Below, piece after piece: positions 45,751 through 55,665 of a stretch of 64,000 bases of DNA. The position numbers and the translations under genes are program-made. Source of the DNA: an uncultured delta proteobacterium. Lineage in GTDB: Bacteria; Myxococcota_A; Polyangia; Haliangiales; Haliangiaceae. The notes beneath the pieces are model-generated. The model did not search any database and was not told the origin of the DNA. It saw only the letters and a list, made by a program, of their open reading frames with translations. Positions within the stretch are counted from its first letter, which is position 1, and every line of letters begins with the position of its first letter. Where the stretch lies: NCBI GenBank assembly GCA_963743525.1, contig CAVUQH010000003.1, positions 256,001 to 320,000 on the forward strand, read 5' to 3'.

Positions 45751-45845
45751 CGAATTCTCCCCAAGCCGAGATGCTAGCCCGAAACTGGCCTCGATGCTAC
45801 AGGTGGGGCCGCTGGCGTGCGTCGCATCCCGGTGACGAGCGACGG

Positions 45846-46532
45846 TCAGTCGACGAACGTGATGTTGCTCGCCAGCGGGTCGCGCCCGGTGCGGCAGGCA
45901 TTGGCCGGCACCGACGGATCTTCGCGGCCGAGGGCGATGCCGAACAGCACCACCTGCTCGTCGGGGATTGCCAGGAGCTGCCGCAGCGGCTGTGGATAGG
46001 CGGCCAGCGCGGCCATGGGGCACAGGTCGATGCCCAGCGTGGCGGCCGCGGTGATCAACACGCCGAGCCAGACGCCGACGTCGAGGGTGGCGTACTCGCC
46101 CAGCCGGCGATCGCGCGTGACCACAGCCACGTGCGGGGCGTCGAACAGCTCGTAGTTGCGCAGCCAGGCGTCGTACCGCCGGGACTTGTCCTGGCGCTCG
46201 ATGCCCATGGCGCCGTACAGCGCGTGACCGCAGGCACGGCGGTGGGCGAGGTACGGCTCGGGATAGTCCATGGGAAACGGCACGTCTGGCCCCGGCAGGC
46301 CGGAGCGCGCGGCTGCCAGCAGCGCCTGGCGAAGCTGCTCGGTGGCCGGCGGCGAGGTGACCCAGACCCGCCACGGCTGGATGTTGCACCACGACGGCGC
46401 CTGTTGCGCGGCGGCGAACAGAGCCTCCAGGCGCGGGCGGGGAATCGGCTCGGGGCGATAGCCGCGCACGCTCTTGCGCTGCTCGAGCGCGGCGAGGACG
46501 GCGCCGTAGGCCGTGGTGGTGTCGCTCGGCAT
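45846..46532 (-). CDS. Nitroreductase family protein
   Basis: RKSVRGY, APSWCNIQPW, FDAPH, DVG, GIALG. Confidence 0.9.
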   Translation of the reverse strand: MPSDTTTAYGAVLAALEQRKSVRGYRPEPIPRPRLEALFAAAQQAPSWCNIQPWRVWVTSPPATEQLRQALLAAARSGLPGPDVPFPMDYPEPYLAHRRACGHALYGAMGIERQDKSRRYDAWLRNYELFDAPHVAVVTRDRRLGEYATLDVGVWLGVLITAAATLGIDLCPMAALAAYPQPLRQLLAIPDEQVVLFGIALGREDPSVPANACRTGRDPLASNITFVD

Positions 46533-46537
46533 CTCGT

Positions 46538-46834
46538 TCACTTGCTGCGGCCCAGCTCGCGCAGCCGGGCCAGCCGATAGATGCCGGTGCTGTGGCCGTC
46601 GGAGAAATGGACTCCCAGGCCGTAGTTGCCGACGAACGCCATGTGCGTGACCGTGAGGTCGTCGGGGACGGTGGCCGGATCGAGGAGTCGCTCGCCGGTG
46701 GCCTCGGACTGGCACATGGCGCAGACGCAGGCCAGGCGCAGCTCGCGCGCGGTCCACACGTCCTCGTCTCCCTCGTCCCAGACGATCCGGACCTCGGGTT
46801 TTCCCAGACCGACGATCTCGAGCGGCAGTGGCAT
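46538..46834 (-). CDS. DUF971 / gamma-butyrobetaine hydroxylase-like N-terminal domain protein
   Basis: [28 protein letters not shown]. Confidence 0.88.
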   Translation of the reverse strand: MPLPLEIVGLGKPEVRIVWDEGDEDVWTARELRLACVCAMCQSEATGERLLDPATVPDDLTVTHMAFVGNYGLGVHFSDGHSTGIYRLARLRELGRSK

Positions 46835-46854
46835 GGGCGTACTATAAACGACCC

Positions 46855-48132
46855 TTGCCCCGCCGCCCGCCAGTCCCCAAGCAGCGCCGCGCGCTGACCA
46901 CCGTTCGCAACCGCGGCCGGATCGAGCGCGGCGGATCCGCCGCCGATGCCGACGCGCTGGCCCGGGCGCTGCGCGCGCCCGCCGACGAGCCGGAGGTCGC
47001 CGACAGCCTGACCCACCCGGTGCACACCTATCCGGCGCGCATGGATCCGGCGACGGCCCGGGCGCTGCTCGAGCTGGTCTGCGAGCCGGGGCGGACGGTG
47101 CTGGACCCGTTCTGCGGCGGCGGCACGGTGCTGGTCGAGGGCCGCTACATGGGCGCGCTGGCGATGGGCGTCGACATCAACCCGCTGGCGGTGGCGATTG
47201 CTCGGGCCAAGGTGTGGACGCCGGCGGCGGCGCGCCGGCGCACGTTGCTCGAGACCGCGCGCAGCATCAGCGGGGCGACGCTGGCCGAGGGCAAGGCGGC
47301 GCGGCGAGCCGGCCACAGCGAACGGCCGCACCGGGGACCGCGCGGCGACGCCGGGGCTGCGCGCGACCGCGCGATCGGCGAATGGTTCGCGCCCCACGTC
47401 CGCCGCGAGATCGAGTTCCTGGCCGGCGCCGTCAACGACGTGCGCGAGCGCGACCCGGAGCTGGGCGACGTGCTGACGGTGCTGCTGTCGTCGATCCTGT
47501 ACAAGGTGTCGAAGCGGACGTCGGACACGGATCCGCGGCCGACGCAGCGCAACGTCGCGCGCGGCGCGGCGGCGCGGCTGTTTCGCGGACGTGCGGAGCT
47601 GCTGTGCGCCGGGCTCGACGAGCTGGCGGCGGTGCGCGGGCCCGACGCGCAGGTGCGGGTCGGCGATGCGCGCAAGCTGGGCGAGGTCGGCGTCGATCGG
47701 GAGACGGTGGATGCGGTGGTGACGTCGCCGCCGTACGCGGGGACCTATGACTACGCCGACCAGCATCAGCTGAGGCTCGACTTCTTCGGCATGCCGGGCG
47801 CGTCGTTCCGCAGCGGTGAGCTGGGCGCGCGGCGGCGGTTCCAGGGCGACCGCGATCGCGCGCTGGCGGTCTGGGAGGGCGACCTGGGCGCGGCGCTGGG
47901 GCAGATCGCGCGGGCGCTGCGGGTGGGCGGGCGCGCGTGTGTGTTGCTCGGCGACTCGGTGGCCGGCGGCGGCGCCGTGTACGCCGACGACACGCTGGCG
48001 GCGGTGCTGCCGGAGGATCTATCGGTGGTCGCGTGGGCGTCGCAGGAGCGGCAGGTCTACGGAGCGGCCGAGCGGCGGGAGTTCGCGGAGCGGCCGAAGC
48101 GGGAGCACGTGTTCCTGCTCGAGCGGGTGTGA
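46855..48132 (+). CDS. Orphan amino-methyltransferase (putative DNA N4-C/N6-A methyltransferase)
   Basis: HTYPARM, motif [10 protein letters not shown], motif IV VTSPPY. Start uncertain (TTG 46855 or GTG 46828). Confidence 0.8.
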   Translation: MPRRPPVPKQRRALTTVRNRGRIERGGSAADADALARALRAPADEPEVADSLTHPVHTYPARMDPATARALLELVCEPGRTVLDPFCGGGTVLVEGRYMGALAMGVDINPLAVAIARAKVWTPAAARRRTLLETARSISGATLAEGKAARRAGHSERPHRGPRGDAGAARDRAIGEWFAPHVRREIEFLAGAVNDVRERDPELGDVLTVLLSSILYKVSKRTSDTDPRPTQRNVARGAAARLFRGRAELLCAGLDELAAVRGPDAQVRVGDARKLGEVGVDRETVDAVVTSPPYAGTYDYADQHQLRLDFFGMPGASFRSGELGARRRFQGDRDRALAVWEGDLGAALGQIARALRVGGRACVLLGDSVAGGGAVYADDTLAAVLPEDLSVVAWASQERQVYGAAERREFAERPKREHVFLLERV

Positions 48133-48139
48133 GCAGGCG

Positions 48140-48654
<515 letters not shown>

Positions 48655-48664
48655 CGGGGTTGTG

Positions 48665-48816
48665 GCTCCCTGCCCTGTGGTAGTGGGCGGAGCGGGCTCT
48701 CGCTCGTGAGTTTCGATCGTCGCCCGGTGCTCGGCGGGGTCAAGGGTTCGCGCGCTTCGCGCGCCGCTTCGCGCCCTTGACCCCGCCTGCGCTCCGGGCG
48801 GTGAGGGGGGCCTCAC
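48665..48816 (+). promoter_or_regulatory. Structured leader of the four-helix-bundle gene
   Basis: Perfect 14-bp stem GGCGGGGTCAAGGG (48733-48746) / CCCTTGACCCCGCC (48774-48787) with outer CGCCCGG/CCGGGCG; flanking hairpins at 48665-48693 and 48801-48816. Confidence 0.55.
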
Positions 48817-48837
48817 TTTCGAGAGGAGCTGGAGACC

Positions 48838-49155
48838 ATGTTGAGGATTCATCCGGTTTGTATCGAGTTGGTTCGCGACGTCAGGCCGTTGGCGTTGCAG
48901 ATCGAGAAGTACGACAAGGACCAGGCTCGGCAGTTGAGGCGATCGGCGACGTCGATCGTGCTCAATTTGGCGGAGGGCGAAGGGAGTCGGGGTGGGACGC
49001 GGCGGGTGCGTTATGACAGCGCGCTGGGATCGACGCGGGAGACGCTGGCGAATTTGCATGTCGCCGAGGCGCTGGGCTACGTCGAGGCGTTGGATGCGGG
49101 GATGCTGGATCGCTTCGATCGCGTGATCGCCACGCTGGTCGTGCTGATCCGGTGA
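48838..49155 (+). CDS. Four-helix-bundle protein (23S rRNA-IVP / Avd-like family)
   Basis: QLRRSATSIVLNLAEG, ALGSTRET, A..LGY; strong GAGGAG/GGAG RBS. Confidence 0.9.
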   Translation: MLRIHPVCIELVRDVRPLALQIEKYDKDQARQLRRSATSIVLNLAEGEGSRGGTRRVRYDSALGSTRETLANLHVAEALGYVEALDAGMLDRFDRVIATLVVLIR

Positions 49156-49164
49156 GACTGGCTG

Positions 49165-49186
49165 GGGCGGGGCTTCGGCCTCGCCC
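49165..49186 (+). terminator. C(UUCG)G-capped hairpin after the four-helix-bundle gene
   Basis: GGGCGGGGC-TTCG-GCCTCGCCC between convergent stops; no U-tract. Confidence 0.5.
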
Positions 49187-49188
49187 TG

Positions 49189-50325
49189 CTACTCGACTCG
49201 CGCTGTCGCTTTGGACTGCTGGATCAGCCGGACGTAGGCGTCCGAGGCCTTTTGCGACAGCTCGATCAGCTCGTCGCACAGCGGCTCGTGGAGCGGCTCG
49301 CCGTCGAAGCCGTGGACGTAGAACAGGTTGACCACGCGCTGCCTGACCGAGATGGGGATGACCATCAGCTCTTGCGGGTCGGCGTCGACCTCGAGGGCGC
49401 GCCACAGCTGGCGCTCGACCGGCATGCCGGCCGACGGTGATGTGCCGCGGAACGGCTCGTTGGTGTCGTGGGCCGACTGCAGCGCGGAGATGCCGCCGAG
49501 CGGCAGGCTGATCTGATCGACTTCGACGCGCACCGGGCGGGCCGAATAGAGGCGCCAGCCCATGGCGTTGTGGTCGCGGAGGATGAACAGCACCGCGGCC
49601 TCGAAGCGGCCGACGGCGTAGCCGATCAGGGCTTCGGCGATCTGATCGCGGTGGGTGGCGGCGTCGATCGCATCGCTGGCCTGGCGATAGGTGACGCGCG
49701 GATCGGGCCGGTCGATTCCGCTGCGGGCGCCGCTGTGGCCGGGTTCGGTGGAGGCGCGCTTCTTCTTGCGCTTGGGCTCGAAGCGGACTGTCGGCGGCAG
49801 CTGGATGCCGCCGGCCGGTTGGCTGCGCCGGCGCTCGTCGACATCCTCCGGCGCCGTCTGCCGGGTGCCGGTGCGGACGAAACGGGCCTTGCGGGTGATG
49901 CCGTAGTGCCGCTCCAGGTAGTAGTAGAGCCGCAGCTCGGGCGCGATGTACGCGGCGATGCCGCAGTCGCACAGCTCGGTCAGGTGGGCGATCGACCCGT
50001 CGTCACGCGGGTCGGCGAACGCCACTGCCAGCGTGCCCGGATCGTTGGGCTCGTAGCGCAGCGGGAAGGCGGTGTAGAGGCCGGCCAGCTCGGCGCCGAA
50101 CGAGGCGATCAGCGGCGGGGTGACCTCTTCGAACATCTCTCTGGTCGCCAGCGGCATGCCCACGACTTGCGCCAGGTAGCTGCCCAGGGTCTCCATGTCG
50201 ATGAAGTCGAGCTCGACCAGATTGGTGCCCAGCCGGCCGCCGTACAGGACCTGCGCCCGCAGTGCTGCTTCCAGCTGCGCCAGCGAGATCACCGCATCGC
50301 GGAGAAGTAGGGTCCCCAGCTTCAT
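49189..50325 (-). CDS. MshEN/T2SSE-N domain protein without ATPase; GAF-like C-terminus
   Basis: KLGTLLLRDAVISLAQLEAALRAQ...RLGTNLVELDFI, LAVAFADP, LERHYG. Confidence 0.8.
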   Translation of the reverse strand: MKLGTLLLRDAVISLAQLEAALRAQVLYGGRLGTNLVELDFIDMETLGSYLAQVVGMPLATREMFEEVTPPLIASFGAELAGLYTAFPLRYEPNDPGTLAVAFADPRDDGSIAHLTELCDCGIAAYIAPELRLYYYLERHYGITRKARFVRTGTRQTAPEDVDERRRSQPAGGIQLPPTVRFEPKRKKKRASTEPGHSGARSGIDRPDPRVTYRQASDAIDAATHRDQIAEALIGYAVGRFEAAVLFILRDHNAMGWRLYSARPVRVEVDQISLPLGGISALQSAHDTNEPFRGTSPSAGMPVERQLWRALEVDADPQELMVIPISVRQRVVNLFYVHGFDGEPLHEPLCDELIELSQKASDAYVRLIQQSKATARVE

Positions 50326-50377
50326 CTACCACCCTGCGGTTCGATCTTATCCCAACTCGCGCTACCGTTGAAAAATC

Positions 50378-50836
50378 GTGACCTGTCAGCGCCGATTCGC
50401 GGCTGTGAGCGCGCTCGTCGCCGTATCGATGGTGGCGTGTGCCGGCGATCGTCCGGCGCGAGCGCCGTTGCCACCGCCACCGCCGGTGATCGACGCCGGG
50501 ATCCCGGATGCCGCGCCGCCCGATGCCGCGCCGCCGATCGGAGAAGCGTATGCGCGCGAGCTGCTGGGCGCGCGGTTTCGCGCCGCCGGCCTGCGCATCC
50601 TCGCCGATCGCCGGGTCAGTGGCGACGGCTACGAGGTCACGCTGGACGGCTGGGATCCGGCGCGGCGGATCGGCTACGAGTACGTCGCCGCGGGCGAGGT
50701 GGACACCGATCTCGATGCCACCGAGCGGGTTGCGATGGCCGCCGACAGCACGCTGCACGTGCTGGTGGTCGATGCTACGACGGCCGCCGGCGTCGCCGCG
50801 GCCGCCGATCAGTTCCTCGCCGGGGTCGAGCCGTAG
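50378..50836 (+). CDS. Hypothetical lipoprotein
   Basis: Lipobox MVAC, PDAA linker, [16 protein letters not shown]. Confidence 0.65.
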   Translation: MTCQRRFAAVSALVAVSMVACAGDRPARAPLPPPPPVIDAGIPDAAPPDAAPPIGEAYARELLGARFRAAGLRILADRRVSGDGYEVTLDGWDPARRIGYEYVAAGEVDTDLDATERVAMAADSTLHVLVVDATTAAGVAAAADQFLAGVEP

Positions 50837-51523
50837 CGGGTCGGATCGGCGACGCCGGCCTCGGCGAAGCCTTTCCTGCGCAGCAGGCAGGCGTCGCAGC
50901 GGCCGCACGCCTTGCCGTCGACCGGGTCGTAGCAGCTGTGGGTCATGGCGTAGTCGACGCCCAGCTTCATGCCCGCGCGGATGATGTCGGCCTTGGTCAT
51001 CTCGATCAGCGGCGCGTGCACGGTGATCTTCTCGCCCTGCACGCCGGCGCGAGTGGCGACGTTGGCCAGGGCCTCGAAGGCGCTGACGAACGCCGGCCGG
51101 CAGTCGGGGTAACCGGAGGCGTCGAGCACGTTGACGCCGACGAACAGATCGCGGGCGCCCAGGGTCTCGGCCCACGCCAGCGCCAGCGACAAGAGCACGG
51201 TGTTGCGCGCCGGGACGTAGGTTGAACGGCACGTCGCCTTCGGCGCCGATCTCGTCCATCGGTCGATCCTTGGGCACGGCGATCTCCGGCGAGGTCAGCG
51301 CGCTGGCGGCGAGCGGCGCCAGATCGAGCGCCAGCACCCGGTGCTCGGTCGCGCCCAGGGCGTTGGCGACGCGGGTGGCGGCGTCGATCTCGACCTGGTG
51401 GAGCTGGCCGTAGCGGACGGTCAGCGCGTGGCAGACGAAGCCGCGGTCCCTGGCCATGGCCAGAGTCGTGGTCGAGTCGAGGCCGCCCGACAGGAGGACG
51501 ACCGCGTGGCGCGCGTCGGTCAT
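50809..51523 (-). CDS. queC: 7-cyano-7-deazaguanine synthase; +1 frameshift near 51225
   Basis: [14 protein letters not shown], (S)TYVPARN after repair, [23 protein letters not shown]. Confidence 0.95.
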
Positions 51524-51569
51524 GGGCGCCGTGTAGCACGCCCGCGCCCGCCGGTGTAGCCTGCCGGTG

Positions 51570-53117
51570 ATGCGGGCCCGCCTGGAGTCGCTCGTGCGCA
51601 GCCCGCGGGCCGCCGGCGCCGCGGCGCTGGCCATCGCGCTGGGCCTGGTCGTCTGGGCCGCGGTGACGCGCGCCCGGTTCCTGTTCGCCTCGCCGTATCC
51701 GCTGGGGATCGACGGCTACTTCTATCCGATTCAGCTGCGCGCGCTGCTCGCCGGCGGACATCTCTACTACCCGTCGTCGCCGCTGGTGCTGTGGCTGATG
51801 GCGCCGCTGGCGGCGGTCACCGATCCGATCTCGGGGGCCAAGCTCGGCGCCGCCGCTGGCACCGCGGCGGTGGCGCTGCCGATCTATCTGGTCGGCCGCC
51901 GGGTCAGCGGCGACCGCGCGATCGGCGTGCTCGCCGCGGTGCTGGCGGCGACCAGCGCGTCGTCGTTCTATCTGTCGGTCGAGTTCGTCAAGAGCGGCAT
52001 CGGCATGACCTTTGCGGCCGTCTTCCTGGCGTTGCTCGGCAGCGCGGTGGCGCGGCCGACCGGCGCGCGCATCGCCGCCGCAGTGCTGGGGCTGGCCGCC
52101 GCCTTCGCCGCCCACAAGCTGGCCGGTGCGCTGGCGCTGATGGCGACGCCGGCGCCGCTTTGGGTCGCGTGGCGCGATCGCGGTGGGCGCCTGTCGGATC
52201 GGCGCGTTCGCGTGGCGCTGATCGCCATCGGCGTCGCGGTCGCCGCCATCGTCGCCGCCGGTCTGCTGGCGCCGGCGCGCTTCCCCGGCCTGCGCGACGC
52301 CGCGCTCCTCGGCGATCTGTTCACCGGCTCGCCCGACTTCACCATCCCCGCCCTCGACCTCGGCCGCGGCCCGGCGCTGCGCTTCGGCCTGGAGGCGCCG
52401 ATCGCCGGCGCCCTGGCGCTGGCCGCGATCGGGCTGCTGGTCGCCGGCCGCCGCTGGCCGGCGATCAACGGTGAGCTGCCGGCCCGCGATCGGGCCCTGG
52501 TCGTCGGCCCGGCGGCGTTCGCGCTGCTGGCCGCCTGCCCGTGGCTCGACGCCGCCGATCCGCAGGGGCTGGCCTTTCGCCTGCGCGTGGTGCTGTTCGT
52601 ACCGCTGGCGATCTGCGCCGCCTTCGTCGCCGGTCGGGCCCTGGCCCGGTCGACGCCGCTGGTCCGCGGCGCGCTGGTCATCGGCTTTGCCGCCGGCTGG
52701 ATCGTCTCGCGCCCGCCGACCAGCAGCGAGGGGACGGTGACCGAGCAGCCGCACATGGTCGCCTCGATGATGGCCGCGCGCGGCGTGGTTCCCGACGGCG
52801 ACGTCGTCGTCTGCCCGCAGCGGTCGCTGGTGTTCATGTACACCTGGTACACGGGCCAGCCGGCGCGGACGCGGCCGGAGCCGGTGCCCCGCGATCGCCG
52901 CTGGCGGCTGTTGCCCAGCCGGCTGATCCACCGCGAGCTCTCCGCCGCCCTCGACCGCATGCGCGCCGAGCGACCGCCCGGCCTGATGCTGCCCCGCGGC
53001 CTGCACCCGCGCCACCGCAACGGCGTGGTCCTGGTCCCCGAGGCGTCGTGGGACTGGCTGATGGCCCACGTCTCGCCGCCGGTGCGGGACATCTACCAGC
53101 GCTGGCCGACGATCTGA
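51570..53117 (+). CDS. Polytopic membrane protein, possible GT-C glycosyltransferase
   Basis: First-loop PLGIDGYFY motif, many TM helices, soluble C-terminal domain. Confidence 0.6.
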   Translation: MRARLESLVRSPRAAGAAALAIALGLVVWAAVTRARFLFASPYPLGIDGYFYPIQLRALLAGGHLYYPSSPLVLWLMAPLAAVTDPISGAKLGAAAGTAAVALPIYLVGRRVSGDRAIGVLAAVLAATSASSFYLSVEFVKSGIGMTFAAVFLALLGSAVARPTGARIAAAVLGLAAAFAAHKLAGALALMATPAPLWVAWRDRGGRLSDRRVRVALIAIGVAVAAIVAAGLLAPARFPGLRDAALLGDLFTGSPDFTIPALDLGRGPALRFGLEAPIAGALALAAIGLLVAGRRWPAINGELPARDRALVVGPAAFALLAACPWLDAADPQGLAFRLRVVLFVPLAICAAFVAGRALARSTPLVRGALVIGFAAGWIVSRPPTSSEGTVTEQPHMVASMMAARGVVPDGDVVVCPQRSLVFMYTWYTGQPARTRPEPVPRDRRWRLLPSRLIHRELSAALDRMRAERPPGLMLPRGLHPRHRNGVVLVPEASWDWLMAHVSPPVRDIYQRWPTI

Positions 53118-53147
53118 TCGCGCCCGGCCGTGTTAGCGTGCGGCGCG

Positions 53148-54455
53148 ATGGCGGGCCGTTTCCCACCGCAGATCAAGTACATCGTCGGCAACGAGGCGGC
53201 GGAGCGCTTCTCGTTCTACGGGATGCGCGCCATCCTGACGCTGTACATGACCGAGTTCCTCTTGTTCGACAAGGGGCACGCGGAGTCGATCTATCACCTG
53301 TTCGTGTTCGGCGTGTACTTCACGCCGCTGCTCGGCGCGTACATCTCCGACCGCTACTGGGGCAAGTACCGCACGATCATGACGCTGTCGCTGGTCTACG
53401 TGGCCGGCCACGGCGTGCTGGCGTTCTGGCCCGGCGAGACCGGGCTGTTCGTCGGCCTCGGGTTGGTGGCGATGGGCGCCGGCGGCATCAAGCCGTGCGT
53501 CTCGGCCCACGTCGGCGATCAGTTCACCAGGGCCAACAAGCACCTCTTACCGTCGGTCTTCAACGCCTTCTACTTCAGCATCAACGTCGGCTCGTTCGTG
53601 TCCGAGATCGTCACGCCGTGGACGCGCCGCGCCTACGGTCCGGAGGTCGCCTTCGGCATCCCCGGTGTGCTGATGGCCATCGCCACGCTGGTCTTCTGGA
53701 TGGGCCACCGCTACTACATCGTGGTGCCGCCGACCCGGCGCGACGACACCCCGGGACGGGTGCTGATCTACGCGCTGTTCCGCGGCATCGGCGGCGCGCG
53801 CAAGCGCTTCGGCGACACCCCGGTCGACGACGCGATCTCGGTGCTGCGCGCCTGCCGCGTGCTGATCCCGGTGGTCATGTGGTGGGCGCTGTACGACCAG
53901 ACCGGCTCGAGCTGGGTGCTGCTCACCAACCACATGAACCTGCACGGCTTCCTCGAGCCGGACATGCTGCAGGCGGCCAACCCGGCGATGATCATGCTGA
54001 TGATCCCGCTGTTCACCGGGCTCATCTACCCGCGCATCGCCGGCGCCGGCAACGCGCCGTCGGCGCTGGGCCGCATGCGTATGGGCATGTACATGATGGC
54101 CTTCTCGTTCCTGGCCGTCGCCGGCATCCAGGCGCTGATCCTGCGCGGCTACTTCCTGTCCGCGTTCTGGATCCTCCTGCCGTACCTGATCCTCACCGCG
54201 TCCGAGATCCTGGTGTCGATCACCGGCCTCGAGTTCGCCTACACCCAGGCGCCGCGCAGCGCCAAGAGCACGGTGATGGCGTTCTGGTACCTGACCATCT
54301 CCATCGGCAACCTGATCACCTCGGCCATCGCCGGCTTCAACGTCTTCTCCGGCACCGCCTACTTCCTGTTCTTCGCCGGCGCGATGGCCGTCTTCGCCAT
54401 CGTCTTCCGCTTCGTCACCGCCGGCTACCGCGCGGCCGAGTACATCGAGGAATAG
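53148..54455 (+). CDS. POT/PTR family proton-dependent oligopeptide transporter
   Basis: EAAERFSFYGM, GAGGIKP, GDQF, FYFSINVGS, GLEFAYTQAP. Confidence 0.93.
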   Translation: MAGRFPPQIKYIVGNEAAERFSFYGMRAILTLYMTEFLLFDKGHAESIYHLFVFGVYFTPLLGAYISDRYWGKYRTIMTLSLVYVAGHGVLAFWPGETGLFVGLGLVAMGAGGIKPCVSAHVGDQFTRANKHLLPSVFNAFYFSINVGSFVSEIVTPWTRRAYGPEVAFGIPGVLMAIATLVFWMGHRYYIVVPPTRRDDTPGRVLIYALFRGIGGARKRFGDTPVDDAISVLRACRVLIPVVMWWALYDQTGSSWVLLTNHMNLHGFLEPDMLQAANPAMIMLMIPLFTGLIYPRIAGAGNAPSALGRMRMGMYMMAFSFLAVAGIQALILRGYFLSAFWILLPYLILTASEILVSITGLEFAYTQAPRSAKSTVMAFWYLTISIGNLITSAIAGFNVFSGTAYFLFFAGAMAVFAIVFRFVTAGYRAAEYIEE

Positions 54456-55469
54456 CTAGAAGTACTGGTCGATGACGTTGCACAGCTGATCGCCGGGGCA
54501 GCAGACGTCGATCGGCGCGGAGCCCTGATCGGTGTGGAAGCAGGTGCGCGGCCCCTTGCTGGGATAGTAGTAGGCCCAGAAGAAGCACATCTCGTCGTTG
54601 ACGCCCTGGCCGAATCGCACCCGCTGGGTGGAGCCGTTGAACCAGTTGCAGCTGTAGCGGAAGCCGCCGCCCTGGACCAGCGACACCGGCGGATCCAGAT
54701 AGACCGTCTCCGGCTCGTCCCAGTTGAAGTTGGGCAGGTCGTAGATGCTCTGGTACGGCCCGGTCTCGCTGCTCGCCAGCTCGACGGTGACGTTGGTGCC
54801 CCACTGGTGCTCGTGACCGGTGATGCCGAAGATCTTCGAGTCGCCCAGCTCCCACGGCATCGGCTGGAACGAGGTCGACAGGTTGCCGGTGCTGTTGGGC
54901 GCCAGATCGATGTCGGGGTTGCCGACGAACAGCAGATCGGCCACGTGCTCGAGCTCGGCGTCGGGGATCGGCGTCAGCGTCGACGTCACCATCACCGTCT
55001 GGTCGGTGTCGCTGGCGTTCACGTAGTGCAGCTCGATCCGCATCATCTGGTCGGCGTCCATGGCGAAGGCCACGCCCTTGGGCAAGACCAGCGTCTCGTC
55101 TTCCTTCTGCGTGATCATCAGCGGGATGCCGTTGGTCTCGTCGATCAGGTTCTGGATCGTGTCGCACGGGTACGGATCGGTCTGCTCGACCGTGTCCGGC
55201 GACTTGTAGAGGATCATGTGGTGCGACACCGGCCCCAGCACGTTGTGGATCTGGTGGATGTTGACCGGAATCGAGTTGCCCAGGCGCACCGTCACGCAGC
55301 GCACCTCCTCGACCCCCGCCGGCACCGTGATCGGCCCCCAGCTGATCTGGTACGAGCCGTCCGGGACCTCGGTCCGGGCGTCCGGCCCACCCGCATCCGA
55401 GCTCGTTCCCGACGAGCCCGAGCCACCGCACCCCGCCGTCGCAACTACCAGCGCAATGACCAGCCGCAT
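54456..55469 (-). CDS. Copper type II ascorbate-dependent monooxygenase-like (PHM/DBH) lipoprotein
   Basis: Lipobox ATAGC; SHHMILY, ELHYVN, GHEH and DEMC motifs. Confidence 0.8.
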   Translation of the reverse strand: MRLVIALVVATAGCGGSGSSGTSSDAGGPDARTEVPDGSYQISWGPITVPAGVEEVRCVTVRLGNSIPVNIHQIHNVLGPVSHHMILYKSPDTVEQTDPYPCDTIQNLIDETNGIPLMITQKEDETLVLPKGVAFAMDADQMMRIELHYVNASDTDQTVMVTSTLTPIPDAELEHVADLLFVGNPDIDLAPNSTGNLSTSFQPMPWELGDSKIFGITGHEHQWGTNVTVELASSETGPYQSIYDLPNFNWDEPETVYLDPPVSLVQGGGFRYSCNWFNGSTQRVRFGQGVNDEMCFFWAYYYPSKGPRTCFHTDQGSAPIDVCCPGDQLCNVIDQYF

Positions 55470-55665
55470 CCGCCCCATTCTACAGGGGACACGCACCACC
55501 CCCGCAAGCATCTGATTTGACGAGGCTTCTGGCCCCAAACGTCCAATCCTCGCCGGCCCCGGAGGGCGACCCGCTCGCTGCAGCCGAGGCCCCGCTCGCC
55601 GATGTCAGCTCCGGTGACCGCGGCTTTGCTTGAAATCGCTGCTGATTCGAACAAGATACCGGCCC

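Noticed and set aside
44296..47766. 1156-aa ORF
   Set aside because: Only the part from ATG 45750 (RBS, signal peptide, TPR/PEGA) is credible. The upstream part overlaps the nitroreductase, DUF971 and methyltransferase genes.
48838..49155. Diversity-generating retroelement or 23S rRNA intervening sequence
   Set aside because: No reverse transcriptase, no TR/VR repeat pair and no rRNA sequence in the window.
51524..51569. preQ1 riboswitch upstream of queC
   Set aside because: The intergenic region is ~45 bp, GC-rich, filled by divergent -10-like boxes, and has no A-rich preQ1 tail.
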